A DNA stretch of 63,832 nucleotides, filler included, from Choristocarpus tenellus KU-1152 (taxonomy: Eukaryota > Protista > Phaeophyceae): assembly GCA_964200185.2 (NCBI GenBank). It is 7 parts of 7 records of this genome, joined end to end, with 100 filler letters (N's around TTAATTAATTAA, not from the genome) between each part and the next. Parts side by side here need not be neighbours in the genome. Positions count along the whole stretch, not along the records: positions 43,834 to 52,485 come from CAXNAD020004477.1; positions 52,586 to 61,117 come from CAXNAD020004614.1; positions 61,218 to 63,832 come from CAXNAD020026250.1; 4 more parts are not named here. One strand, given 5' to 3'. The notes beneath the pieces are model-generated. The model ran no database searches. It worked only from the letters and a program-made list of their open reading frames with translations, and was not told the origin of the DNA. The stretch's first letter is position 1; every line of letters starts with the position of its first letter. A program made the position numbers and the translations under genes. This document shows positions 52,249-63,832 of this stretch, piece after piece.

Positions 52249-52485
52249 CTGTGCAACATTGACATTCAATTTTGAATGTATACATATACAGATGTAGTGG
52301 GATCATAGTGTTACTACCCATTCTATTTGGTACTACCAAATACCACAACGTGAGCCCCAGAGTCTCCCTCTGTTAAACCAGGGCCCAGCAGCAGGCACAA
52401 GATGTCAATGCTCCCCCCCCCCCCACCCACCCCCCCACCACCCACACTACCATCGATCCACCGCACGAGAAACATATTAAATAAA

Positions 52486-52585
52486 NNNNNNNNNNNNNNN
52501 NNNNNNNNNNNNNNNNNNNNNNNNNNNNNTTAATTAATTAANNNNNNNNNNNNNNNNNNNNNNNNNNNNNNNNNNNNNNNNNNNN
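52486..52585. other. Artificial contig spacer
   Basis: N44-TTAATTAATTAA-N44. Confidence 0.97.
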
Positions 52586-52880
52586 AGAGACTTCCTAACT
52601 AAGGGCCACATCAAGGTGTCGGAGCAAGGACGCAACGAGAGGCGTTTCGTTCTGGGCCTCGATGAGGACATCCTTCCCGAGGTCAAAGAGTGGGTGCTCG
52701 AACACACAGGAAGAAAGGGTAGGGAGGCTTTTTTCCTGTCTAAGCCCTATACTTTAATCAAGTAATAGTATATCTGTTGCCACTCTTGGTGACCTAAAAT
52801 CCAGGCTTCGAACCCCAATATGAGCGCTCTTTCTTCAAAATAAAAAAAATGGCTAAAAAAAAACAAGAAGCCAGTACTCT
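52586..52880 (+). mobile_element. Dispersed repeat B copy 2, truncated by the contig start
   Basis: Matches the reverse complement of ~26100-26368; open frame RDFLTKGHIKVSEQGRNERRFVLGLDEDILPEVKEWVLEHTGRKG. Confidence 0.7.
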
Positions 52881-54410
52881 GGAGTGTATCGTGACGGTCA
52901 TCACGAATATACTTTTATTATTTAAATCCGATCCTACATCAAAAGTTATGGTGGGGCAACCCCAGAGGGCGAAGCTACTGGTACCACTGTAGAAATATGG
53001 GTGAGTTGCAAAAGATTGAAACTGACTTATGATGCAAAACGGCCAAAACTTGGGTACCTCTCGCTTTACTTTACTCAAAAAAAGGAGTGGGGACTAGGTA
53101 AGATAGTCAATGCGAAGTCAGCAAAGAAGATAGACATAATATATCTTGTTAGCAAATACTAGTATATTTTCAACAGTTCTCAGTTGCATTCTAAGACTCT
53201 GGTACTATGGGTCACTTATTCAAAACCACTTATTTTATTTAAGTATGATATCTTAGTTGACTATGTATTGTTATGCTTTATGTCGTCTTTGAGGAACCAT
53301 ACTCCTGTGAAACAAGAAAACACTTACGGATTGCAAGAGGGTACACAACTTTTACTTTGCGAGGGGGGTGGGTGGATATCGGGGTGCATACGAAAAAATA
53401 GAAGCATAAGAAAAAAATTCGTCAAACAAGTTCATGATTGAAATATATAAGAAGTGGTTCGACAGGCTCAACGCTCAAGAAAAGTTTGAAAATAATGTTC
53501 CATCAAAATCGGGGAACAGAAATGTAAGGAGAATTGTGATATCCGTTTTAGGGCGTAATCACATTTCTAGCGACTCTTCACTTTTTCCCCTTCATAACCT
53601 GCGTTTGAGTTTTGGGGACGCTAAGACGTTGGGGCGTACTTTGCGTCGATTTTATCGAGCATATTTGTGAGCATCTCTAAGCATAGATTAGAGAGTGTCG
53701 TATCAAAAGTGCACTGTCTAAGTAGTCACAAATCCTACAATTTGCGAGTGGTTGTGTTTGGATTTCAATACCCAACAACATTACCCCCTGCCTAGACAAT
53801 TATCTGTAATTTAAGGAAGTGCTGGTGTCCATGGACTGTCAAGTACAGAGTACACGTCACGACAAAGTAACACGTTTCCGTACTCCACCCATTGGTAATA
53901 TCTTCATTCTTTTACATCCACACAATAATATTCTGCATTTCGTTCCCCCCAGAGTCAGTTGCATTGGAGCAGACAATACAGTGCATACTTTGGCTCGTAT
54001 GCTTTTACTCTGTAGTTGGTTCCCATATTGTTTCATAGATTAAAAGTCTTACTTTTCGCTATATATCCGACATCCCTTTATCTCAGCTAAAATAATGATA
54101 CCAAAATCACACTATCAACATATCTCCCCCAATTACCTTTTCACTGTTACAACACTTCCCATTCCTATCCTCCATGATATTCTGCCTACTTCGACAATGA
54201 TGGCCTGGGCAAAAGGAACATAAATATTACAATACTTCTGCGTAATGATAGTACACGTAGACAAGAGATCAGGTACTTTCTTTCTCATCCTCTTTGCTCC
54301 CACACCTCCTATTCAGTCTGTAGATGGAATGTTCACACATCCACCTGATTCGTTCCTGAACCAGGCACACACCACACTACCTCATTGGACTGTCGATGTG
54401 TCTGTGCCAA

Positions 54411-54671
54411 GAGCCAAATTATCTTAGAGGGTAGAGCCGCGTCCATTTGGGGGCTAAAAACCCAATGTTGCGATTTATATGTAATTTTGGCTATCGTGCT
54501 TGTTAGGAAGTGTCAATATCCTTGTTCTGAACGCACCTTTTCATAAGATATTAATTTTACCCACTCTAAAAATATTTTGGAGTAGGAAGGTGTCATAAAA
54601 AAAAACGAGCGAAGCCAAGCCCCAAATGGACAAACAGGGCAAAAATCGTATCCTCCAAGATACTTTCACTC
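54411..54671 (+). mobile_element. MITE family A copy 4
   Basis: GAGCCAAATTATCTTAGAGGGTAG...AAGATACTTTCACTC; CCAA on the left and CCAA overlapping the terminal C on the right. Confidence 0.88.
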
Positions 54672-54829
54672 CAAGTGTTATTGAAGATGATTATATTGGG
54701 CGTGCTTTTGGACTCCCCCTCCCCTTCCCCAGATTCCCAGTGGTAGTGCTCGGGAGAGTCTGTTATACTTCCTGATTTGTAAGTCCTTTGCACAACGTTG
54801 GTGTGCACATAGGTCATTGCTTGACCACC

Positions 54830-55780
54830 CAGCATATGCACAGAGGTTTGGTCAATGACTATCCACCATTGTGATGCTGGAATGGGTAATAGATGATAAT
54901 CCGCTGATACCTAATAGGTGACGACACCATATCACCACCTGCTCAGTCAATAAGTGATCAAGAGCTGCGAAAACAATTCCTTGTCTGAGGATGCACACAA
55001 GTAATATTAGGAATGATGGGTAGGTCGACAGATGAGTGCAGCATGAGACTGGATAGTGCGTGAAGGCGTCTGTTTGTAGTGTGTGTTATTGCTGTATCTC
55101 AAAGAATTGAATATGGCACTTCATTTCGATCCCTGACCTAATACACACACAATATACAGTGGAGAGTTTACTGGTAGATGGCCCCGTTGCTGCATCTCTG
55201 TGTGTGCCAAGTCCAGCAGCCCAGACCAGGTAGCAGGTACTCGATCATTCGAGCCTACTTTTTGCGTACATACACCATGGTCCAACACATAGCCATGCTC
55301 GCTTTGGTAGACGGATTTACCTCCTATTACTTTGTTATCAGAGGTGCCGAAAATTGAAGACTGACAAGTCCCCATGCAGTAACAATTATACAAGACGTTT
55401 GTGAGGAATCAATACACAATGCTTGTCAGGCAGTGAAGGCTAACAAGAACATGACCAGCAAATTGACACAATACTTATTGTGACAGGCAGGGGTGAGGAA
55501 AATGGAGAATATCTAATGAATCATTTGGTTGTTCAGGTTTCACTTCAATCTCATTAGTGTGATGTGGCAAACATCATGCTGATATGCACTCAATGCAGAA
55601 CCTGTTCAAGAATATAAGAGGCGAGTCATGTGTGCTGATTATTTTGTCTTGATGATCTGTATTTGATGTATAAGGGTGTCCTTGGTGTCTACAACTATAG
55701 CAACAGCAAGCAGTGGACTGAACTGGCATAGAGGAAACCAGTATAAGATGAAAACGGAATAAACTGGTCCGACTACAACA
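54830..55780 (-). pseudogene. Decayed Copia-like RT/RNase H
   Basis: Remnants in Copia order: TGFLYA (~55740), SPLYI (~55160), KQT..ALSS (~55060), MVDS.LTKPL (~54850). Confidence 0.45.
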
Positions 55781-56426
55781 CTACTATATTCATTCATCAG
55801 TCTCAGAGGAACAGTACATAGTCATCGACCTGGTCTTACCACACTCACTACTAGACCCACATTCAACAACCACAAAATTTCTATTGACGTTTCTGTTTCT
55901 GTACATTCAAGCATTTTCATCGGTTAGTGAACTACACAATGCTGAGAAGGGACACTTCATCCATTAAGTGATCCATGTCAAAGTCAACGTCATACAGGTG
56001 CACACTACTTACTCTATGTGGGATAAATGGTGCAAAAAATACCCTTCTGGAGGGCTGGCATAATCTTGCAAAGATTCAACCAAGAAAGTTCAATACTTAC
56101 TAAGAGCAACTACTTCGAAGTTGACTAGAGCAGCACCAAGATTCCATAGAACATTTTTCCACATTCACAATACGCTGTGGGTATGGGACGCTGGCAACTA
56201 CGATGAAACTACTTTCTAAACACATCTATTGTATACCGCACGTGAACAAAACCTATTGTAGAAGTACCTACTATGTTGTTGATTAGTGCTTGAAACCAAA
56301 TTGTTCTGATTTTCCTTCTTAGGAATGATCACAACTTAGGGATGTATTACATAGGAATATTAACCCCCTGTATCGTCCTTTGACATGACGCACCTAGAAG
56401 TAATATGAACAAAACAATGGTTGGAC

Positions 56427-57686
56427 TTAAACAGGGAAACTTACTTTCAACTCATGCAAAGGATAAACTTGTTCCTTACATCCTGGGCCCCACATGTTGA
56501 GTGTTCCACAGCAAGTCCAACCACCATCATTTCCAGCCTTGAACGTGCCAGGGTGAGCACGTTCGAGCTTGCAGGTTGTGCCTTTGCCCTCCTTTTTCCA
56601 CAAGTTCACGTAATCACCACACCTAGTACATCTTACCAAAGAAGGAAAATTGTCGAATCCCGCCAGTTTCAGCATCTTGAGCAGGTTAGCCTTGATGGAT
56701 GTGAGCTCCTCCTCCATGGTTGAATGTACCACTCCCACAGGTAACAGGTCGGTGACGACCCTCTTAGCCTCACTCATTGTACCCTCCTGGAACCATTTAC
56801 GAAGGTCATTTGTTGTTAGTGATTCCTTGACGGCAGAGGAGGAAAGGTGGCTACGCACCCAAGCGGCTACCTGGGGATCATTACAGTCGACCCATGAAGA
56901 GGGTGACTCTTGAAGTTCCACCAGCAACTCGACTATACCCTGTACACCTCCCGGTAACGCTGCTATGACCTCGTTCAGGATGTCTTGCGATGCTGCCTCC
57001 CAGAAACGACAACTCTGTGTGGGAACACGGCTTGAGGAGGACAGGGCCTTCCAGTTCTCGGCCAGATGTAATATTACGCTCCTGCGCAGCGGTACATCCA
57101 CGTCAAGAAATGCTGCATTGCGGGCTATCCTGATAGCGATGTCTCCAGGTTCCAAGTCTGAAGCAGCAATATCACCCGAGTATATGTATTTGAGAACCAG
57201 CCCAAAAACATCAGGGTAGGGAAGACCTGGCAGACGCACGACATGGAGAGGGACAGGTTCTGTGTTGAAACCTCCCAGGAACAACCCCCTAAAATAGCCG
57301 GAACGACGCGCCAACAGGGCCTGATGGGCGTAGGTTGTGTTAGTGGTGTCGTCCATGAGAATGACACAATCTGCCCGCCGTGAAATATTGACATACTCCA
57401 AGGCCTCATTACCATTGGGGAGTCGATGGACCTCGGTCGGTGCCAGGTCGAAAGGTCCGTCTTTCATCTTGCTGGGGAGCAGCACCAATCGACCCTCGAC
57501 AACGTGAAGAGAATGGCCCAGTCGCGATGCCTCTGAAACAATGTCTTCGACTGAAGCAACCAGTTGCTCAAGGGCAAGAGGGTTCTCATCCGCAACCTCC
57601 CCATCAGACACGTCGTCGGCGGTTGGCAGCAAATTATCCTGATGGGAGAAGGCAGAAGAGTCATTAACCTCCATAAACGCGCCCAT
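56427..57686 (-). CDS. BTB/POZ-domain protein with C-terminal CHORD/Btk-like zinc finger, intronless, 419 aa
   Basis: Longest ORF in the window; BTB signature ADCVI...AHQALLARRSGYFRGLFLGGF...FGLVLKYIYSG; C-terminus C-x2-C-x15-C-x5-HPG-x9-W-x-CC-x8-GC-x7-H. First ATG at 57686. Confidence 0.88.
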   Translation of the reverse strand: MGAFMEVNDSSAFSHQDNLLPTADDVSDGEVADENPLALEQLVASVEDIVSEASRLGHSLHVVEGRLVLLPSKMKDGPFDLAPTEVHRLPNGNEALEYVNISRRADCVILMDDTTNTTYAHQALLARRSGYFRGLFLGGFNTEPVPLHVVRLPGLPYPDVFGLVLKYIYSGDIAASDLEPGDIAIRIARNAAFLDVDVPLRRSVILHLAENWKALSSSSRVPTQSCRFWEAASQDILNEVIAALPGGVQGIVELLVELQESPSSWVDCNDPQVAAWVRSHLSSSAVKESLTTNDLRKWFQEGTMSEAKRVVTDLLPVGVVHSTMEEELTSIKANLLKMLKLAGFDNFPSLVRCTRCGDYVNLWKKEGKGTTCKLERAHPGTFKAGNDGGWTCCGTLNMWGPGCKEQVYPLHELKVSFPV

Positions 57687-59579
57687 GTCGAGAGGTGGAT
57701 GTTGCACGGTGGTTGTTGCACTTCTGAATTTGTTTGATATATACTACGAAGAAAGCTTTCAAGGTGTTGTTGTGGCAAGAACATGACATGTATATTGGCA
57801 TGTCACAAACATAAACCATGTATATATGTGTACATATATATGATGTCTTCGTTTGGTTGTAGCATCTAATGTTGGGGACCTAGAAGAACCCTACATTGCC
57901 AACATGTTTCCATACATAGTCTTCCGAACAATTTCGGGCAAGAGTTACGAACGATGGGGCTATAAACTTTTGTAGGATATATACTAAATATAATATATCG
58001 TGAAATTGTTCGAACGTTTCTGAAATTGTTCGAAAGTCTCCGAAATTGTTCGAAAGGTTCATACCAGGGTTTGTAATTTCGTGAACTTGTACAAAAATCT
58101 AAGTTCGGTACAACACTCTGGACCCATGATTGTATCTTTGTGTGTATATATATTTGTGAAACTGTTCGAAACCTCTTCCCATAATTTGTGTTGACTGAGA
58201 TTGACCTATATCCGGCGTTTCTTCCTCATAATATTGGGGTTTATATCCTAACCTTTCTAAAGTCCCATTCATGAAAATCTGGTTTCTTCGAGTTTCCGAA
58301 GTCTTCCAAATATGCACTAATACTTAAACAGGAATACTTGATATTTACTGTATGTCTCAGGGTATCTGTCGTTAAACGTCAAAAAAGCCATGGGAAGAAC
58401 GAGGTGATATGTGATCGAACATTGAGAGAGAGATACAGGAGAAGGTCGAGGACAAGATTCGAGGGAGAAAACATAATGGTGACTGGTGGATGGCTAAGCC
58501 CAACGCGTGATAAGCAAGCATGAATGGAGATGACATAAAGGTGATAGCACAAGAATGAGTTCAGACATTAGTATGAGAAGTACGACTACACAGTTGTAGT
58601 GGAGTGTTTATGCTATTTCTACGAAGGTCAGGATAGGAAATATAGTGGAGTTAATACCGATACCAACACTAGTATTACTACTATTACTAGCACTTTTTGT
58701 ATTATTCCCCAGATTATGAACGAGAAGAATATACGACTACAGATCAAATCAGATAGAGAAAGATTTCGATTAATCGAATTGAACCAAAATGAAACCGATG
58801 TTGATGGAGGATGAGGCAACGCGCGTGGAACGCGCGGAGGTCGCTTGATGGCGCATGGTGCTACGAGGCAAAACTTCAAATTCTACATGTAAATGTCAGA
58901 GGGTAGATCTGAAGTCATGAACACTAAAATGAATGTATGTATGTGTAGTGAGTTGCAGGTAGTGACACCTTGTTACGAATATGTGGTTCTCTAATTTTGG
59001 ACATGTTCAGTGGTAACACTTGTGGTTTGATGTATTGGGAAAAAAAGAAATAACCGAATCGCTTCAGTTCAGTTAATCGGTTTTTCCGATTAATCGAACT
59101 GAATCTGATTGAATAGTCACCATTCATAAAACTACTAAATTAACAATAAGGAAGAAAGTCATCTCGTGTCCAAGGTGGTAGAGTGTAACTATCCCTATTT
59201 TGATATTTCCAAAGATAATTCTACATGATCCTAAAACAGTGACGGCTGTAAGTCAACATACATGTTGGTGACTTGTGTGTAGTAGTGGGGTTTGCAGCTA
59301 AGATTGAGACGAGGGGGAATCCACCAACTCCACCTTCCTTTTTTTGATGTCGGCAACTGACTAGGTGGAGCAACTAGTGGGTGTTAGGGACTCCGCAGCA
59401 ACAGTAGACGTTGTTGTGGAGATATGTTCTTGTTAGTGAGTGGCAAGGACTGTCTATGCGTACGTCTCTCATTCTTTTCACGGGAAGCAGACTAGACAAA
59501 CTGCGTGTGCCATATCCATCATTTCACTGTTCAAACAAACGAGTATCTAATATACTGACATACGAAGTCGTAACTATAC

Positions 59580-60110
59580 AGTACTGAGTTAAGTAAACGA
59601 GAGGTACCCAGGGTTGCTTTTTGCGGATGCCAGCAAATATGTGCAAAAATCTACTTTTTTTTAACAATCGTGTATTAACTATTTCGAAATTGTGTTGAAA
59701 ACGTTCAAACAATGGAGATATCAACCCTCTCAAGTGAGTCAAAGAAAACGAGAGGTACCTAGAGTTGCATTTTAGGGATGCTGACAAATATGTGCAAAAG
59801 TCGGGTTTTTTCGTGTGCGTATAGGATATTTTCTGAACTGCGTCGGAAAAGTTCCAAAGAATAGAATAAAAAAATGCTCTCAAATCAAACTTAGAACTTC
59901 ATTCTTAGGAATATGGGTGAATCGCAATAAAAGATGGCAAAATGCAAAACGACCAAAACCTGGGTACCTCTCGTTTACTTTGCCTCACTACATATTATTA
60001 TATGGTATATTATGGTTGGGGTCTGACAGTAGTAGTGGAATATCAAAGAGTCAAATCAACTGAGAGGTAGGTAGGGTTGCATTTTAAGGATCCTGAGAAA
60101 GAGCAAAAAA
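59580..60110. repeat. Degenerate direct and inverted subrepeats (dispersed family C)
   Basis: aaacgagaggtacc.ag.gttgc.ttt..ggatgc..caaatatgtgcaaaa at ~59595 and ~59746, inverted at ~59940-59980, partial at ~60062; related copy at ~53030-53076. Confidence 0.65.
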
Positions 60111-61117
60111 TGCAATTTTGTATAATTACAGAAAGAGACTTTACTGAATTTTGGTGTCACGAGTGAGAAAAGACAAATGTCTGCTCATCCTATAGGTTCA
60201 AAATGCCATTAATTTACTAGTTGTATGCACCTGCTATTTGCTCGACCTAGGTTCCTCCATTGGGGACGCTCTGCTATTCTTTGAGTCAATACTCGCCTTC
60301 CTCATACCCTCTATGACGTTCCCTCTCCCCCGAGAATGTGATATTGAATGCCTGCCTTCTGGGTCAGGTCGTCATCATTGCAGATCACTCTGAGTGAGTC
60401 ATTGGATGAGCCCAGGGGCCTCACCCTAAGCGTCTTAATAGCATCCTAAATTTTTCACGTGAAGGAATGCTTAATCTTCTGCCCCCAACGAGTCGAAGAA
60501 TGTGATGTGCAAATGAGTGCGTCTGAATCCTGCGCACTTGGAAGCTTACGTGTAAGACATGTATTTCTGTAGTGCAGGAGACATTCTGTGCATACCCCTG
60601 TTGACACGAAGCCTGATTGCCTGTTTGATGTTGTGCTTCTCAAGGTCTCTCCCACCTGGACTAAGGGCTTCTGTAGATCCTCCCAGCCTTTCCCTACCCG
60701 TTGCCCTTTGTGATTGTATACCTTCTATATACGCAGTCTAATATTTTTCATTATCCTGTCATTGAGAGAGTTGTTTTCCTTGCTCAAGGTGCCATTGATG
60801 TGTGCTTCTTGACTGTTCCTGGAGGATGCGAAAGCTGTCTACTAACCTGTTGCCAGTTGTGTGAGGCGTAAAGGGAGAGAAGGTGGCGCCAATATGCACA
60901 TGATGTCCACATTGTTGGTGCAAGGGCCACGATGACAATGATCTTTGATTTACAAGGGTAGAGCTCACCAAAGTGCAGGGCTTCGTGCTTGGAGGAGGAA
61001 TTTCTGTGTGCCAGATACGTTGTGAAATAGGCATTATACATCCAGGATTTTTTTCTCTGTCAATTACCTGTAGTATCGATGTGAGGGATGGATAACAATG
61101 GATCAAATTATCTGGGG

Positions 61118-61217
61118 NNNNNNNNNNNNNNNNNNNNNNNNNNNNNNNNNNNNNNNNNNNNTTAATTAATTAANNNNNNNNNNNNNNNNNNNNNNNNNNN
61201 NNNNNNNNNNNNNNNNN
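61118..61217. other. Artificial contig spacer
   Basis: N44-TTAATTAATTAA-N44. Confidence 0.97.
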
Positions 61218-61247
61218 GGGGGGGGGAAGAGGAGAGGGTTCACACAC

Positions 61248-61388
61248 CTTGGTCAGGCTCTTTTTAATTGTTGCTGAAGCCCGTCCACTTCCATTTGGTT
61301 GGGTATTCGTTGCGGTCTCAACATCCCCAGAACTGCCCTCATCCTTCTTGGATCCAATCTCCTTCTTCATGGACAGCTCTTCCTCAAC
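61248..61388 (-). CDS. Possible internal exon of an unidentified gene
   Basis: ag|VEEELSMKKEIGSKKDEGSSGD...KKSLTK|gtgtgt; 141 nt, phase 0-0. Confidence 0.4.
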
Positions 61389-63832
61389 CTTGACGACAAC
61401 GTACAGAGAAGTAACTTGGAAGACAAAAAAGGGTACTCAAGACAGGTTCAGGGGAAACAACATCCAGCACCAAGAAGACCCATTGTCACAGCGCACAAAT
61501 AGTATTCCACACTCCTCAAGAGTGCAATACATCCACACTCCTCAAGAGTGCAATACATCCACTAAAGTACAGCCCGCCTTGTGGGACATGGACCACACAC
61601 AGTGTCCAGTACAAATAACACAAATAAGAGCACTCAGTAGTGGTACCACCATCGTAAGGCTCAATCCCTTACTATGTACTGAATCATACATACCACAGAC
61701 CGACCCCAATGTGAACCGCTTTTTTTTGTTTGTTGCCCTCAAACTAAGCACCGAATTAACACAGCAAATTGGAGTCACAATTTCAATGGACTTTGAACCG
61801 CAGACCAGGGCGCAGAACTGCACTGTACTACTGACGTGTGTACATCCAATGCACACTATTCACTACCGTAATGTGTCTCACTCCCTTAGAAGTGCACACG
61901 ACAAAGTATGACAATAAACTAATAATAACGAACAGGGTCCTACGTAATCGCCTACACCAAAGAAACACTTAAAACATGCCAACCTCACTAAGGAAAAGAT
62001 GGTATCCATGACAGCAATGCTCTCGATGGTACTACATGACAAAAGTTTACCATCAAGGATAAATGACAATGTTGATAAGAGCGTGTACTTCTATCAAAGG
62101 CCACAATACTGCACATCAATCGTCCAACACCTGCACTCACATCTCCATCCGGTTCTTAACCAAAGACAGCATACTAAGAGTCAAATGCATTGTTGCATGC
62201 CTGAGTGCGCATCGTGTATCCATATCAAACCCTCTCTTCAACGTAGCCAACGGTAGCAGAGAGTTACAACCATCCCCCACTATAAGACAGGAAACAAAAC
62301 AAAAAAGTTGTAACTTGGTGTTATCATCAACAGGGAACAGTAGTTCTGCTACACTGCAAAAATCTCCTCAAGAGGTTTGTGCGCGACTTTGGACAGGAAT
62401 GCCTATGAAATGAATGCCTATGAAACAGCGCGTTAAATTGGGTTAGGGTTTAGTCAGCAGTACAATATATGACATTAGTACAGTAAGATTAACATAAAAC
62501 TGTTGACAGCATACGAAAATTATTTTGTACCATTCAGAGGTAAGTTCATAGTGCCAATTTCCAAGTCAGCAGCAAACAGGAAATTTCTGGATTTGTCAAC
62601 ACCGCCTCCCAGGCTATATGCCTCCATGTAAAATGTTGCTATAAAAGAGAGCAATACAACAGTACCAGTACTTCCTCCGATCTGCGTCAGTCTGAGCAGT
62701 CTGCAGGGCAGGCAATGAATGCACAAGATGATATCAGGTTCTTCGGAAAACTCTAGGTATCAGAATAGGTAGATCAAGTCAGATCTCACTGAGATTTTAA
62801 GGTAACCTCAAACTGGGATTATGCAAGACTCTGACAAAGATATTGACAACCAGGTACCCAGACACGTTGTTCCATCATAGCCTGTCGTGCAAACTGTTCA
62901 TACTGATGCCGAACAAAAGAGGTATTACACTACTAGCATACTAGCACAAGACCCTTGACTGCTCTAGAATTAGGCCGGTAGTTGAGGTGTAGAGAGAACT
63001 TATCAACAAGTGTTACCTCGCACACGTGTCCACACACAACACAACGTAGAAAAAAATAAATGTACTGCCCTCTGCACACAAAGTCGTACCTTGAGATAGG
63101 TGACATTATGCACATTGATTATAATACAGTAGTAAAGATCCAACCAACCCAACAGGGAAGAGGTTGGTTCCACAAGAAAAAAAAATGTGTTTCTCCGGAG
63201 TTTTGTTGACCCAACAACTTGACCCTCAGTAACATTCGAGAAGTATCCTATCTCAACTTCACGACTTCTCAATAACATAACTATGCACAACAGCATTCAT
63301 CTACATTTAGGGTTGACCTTTATCCAGACACAGTAAATGCTATCCTCTTTAAGAAAATGAACATCTCTAAACACTGAAGAGAGGTAGCCGACAAATTATT
63401 CTAATGGATTAAAAATATATATATATATATTACATGTGCTCACTCTCTCACACCTCCCTTCAAGCATCACAAGAATGTCAGAATTACTGTGAACTAATAT
63501 TGTACTATAAACATTGCTAATAGAATTAAATTGGACTATCACTAGAAGGTGAAACAAGCCCAAGGGAGAATGGCATCACAACCCCAACAGCAGTACTAGT
63601 TCTAGTACTAATGTTCTGCTTGTAAGTAAAACAAAAAAAGCGGGTTGAAAATTGAAAGCTTGCAAGGAAGGATTCAAGAAGGGCACAAAGTCCCTCTTCC
63701 CTAAAAGACATATGCCCCAGACACCCACCCCAACACCAATGCTAACATTCCCCCCTGCCCTCGACCCCGCCCCCCTCCCCCCCCCCCCCCCCCCCCCCCC
63801 CCCTCCCCCCCCCCCCCCCCCCCCCTCCCCCC

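Noticed and set aside
61249-61911. 220-aa plus-strand ORF
   Set aside because: No motif, non-ATG start, includes a 26-bp duplication and overlaps a more plausible minus-strand exon.

Overview
Eukaryotic nuclear DNA, intron-rich and full of transposon debris; gene content and repeat types suggest a stramenopile, possibly a brown alga or relative (inference). The window is not contiguous: seven contigs are joined by six identical artificial 100-bp spacers (N44-TTAATTAATTAA-N44), so adjacency across spacers has no biological meaning. Spliced genes reconstructed by hand, all on the minus strand: a complete 8-exon RPS3A/eS1, a partial 9-exon FYVE+SYLF gene with one GC-AG intron, and a 3-exon AAA_33/PNK-like P-loop kinase. 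Two intronless minus-strand genes are also present: a BTB protein with a CHORD/Btk-like zinc finger, and a secreted, highly cationic 8-Cys peptide. The rest is mostly decayed LINE, Copia, Gypsy and DNA-transposon sequence, tandem repeats, and a four-copy ~260-bp MITE with GAG...CTC ends and 4-bp TSDs (Sola-like). Most notable: (1) a ~200-bp intact, AT-rich Rickettsiaceae-like der/engA fragment among retroelement debris; (2) a small contig where a transposase-like pseudogene and a ParB/Srx-like pseudogene diverge across a 173-bp tandem array; (3) the cationic Cys-rich secreted peptide. All family assignments are from motif recognition by eye; no searches were run.
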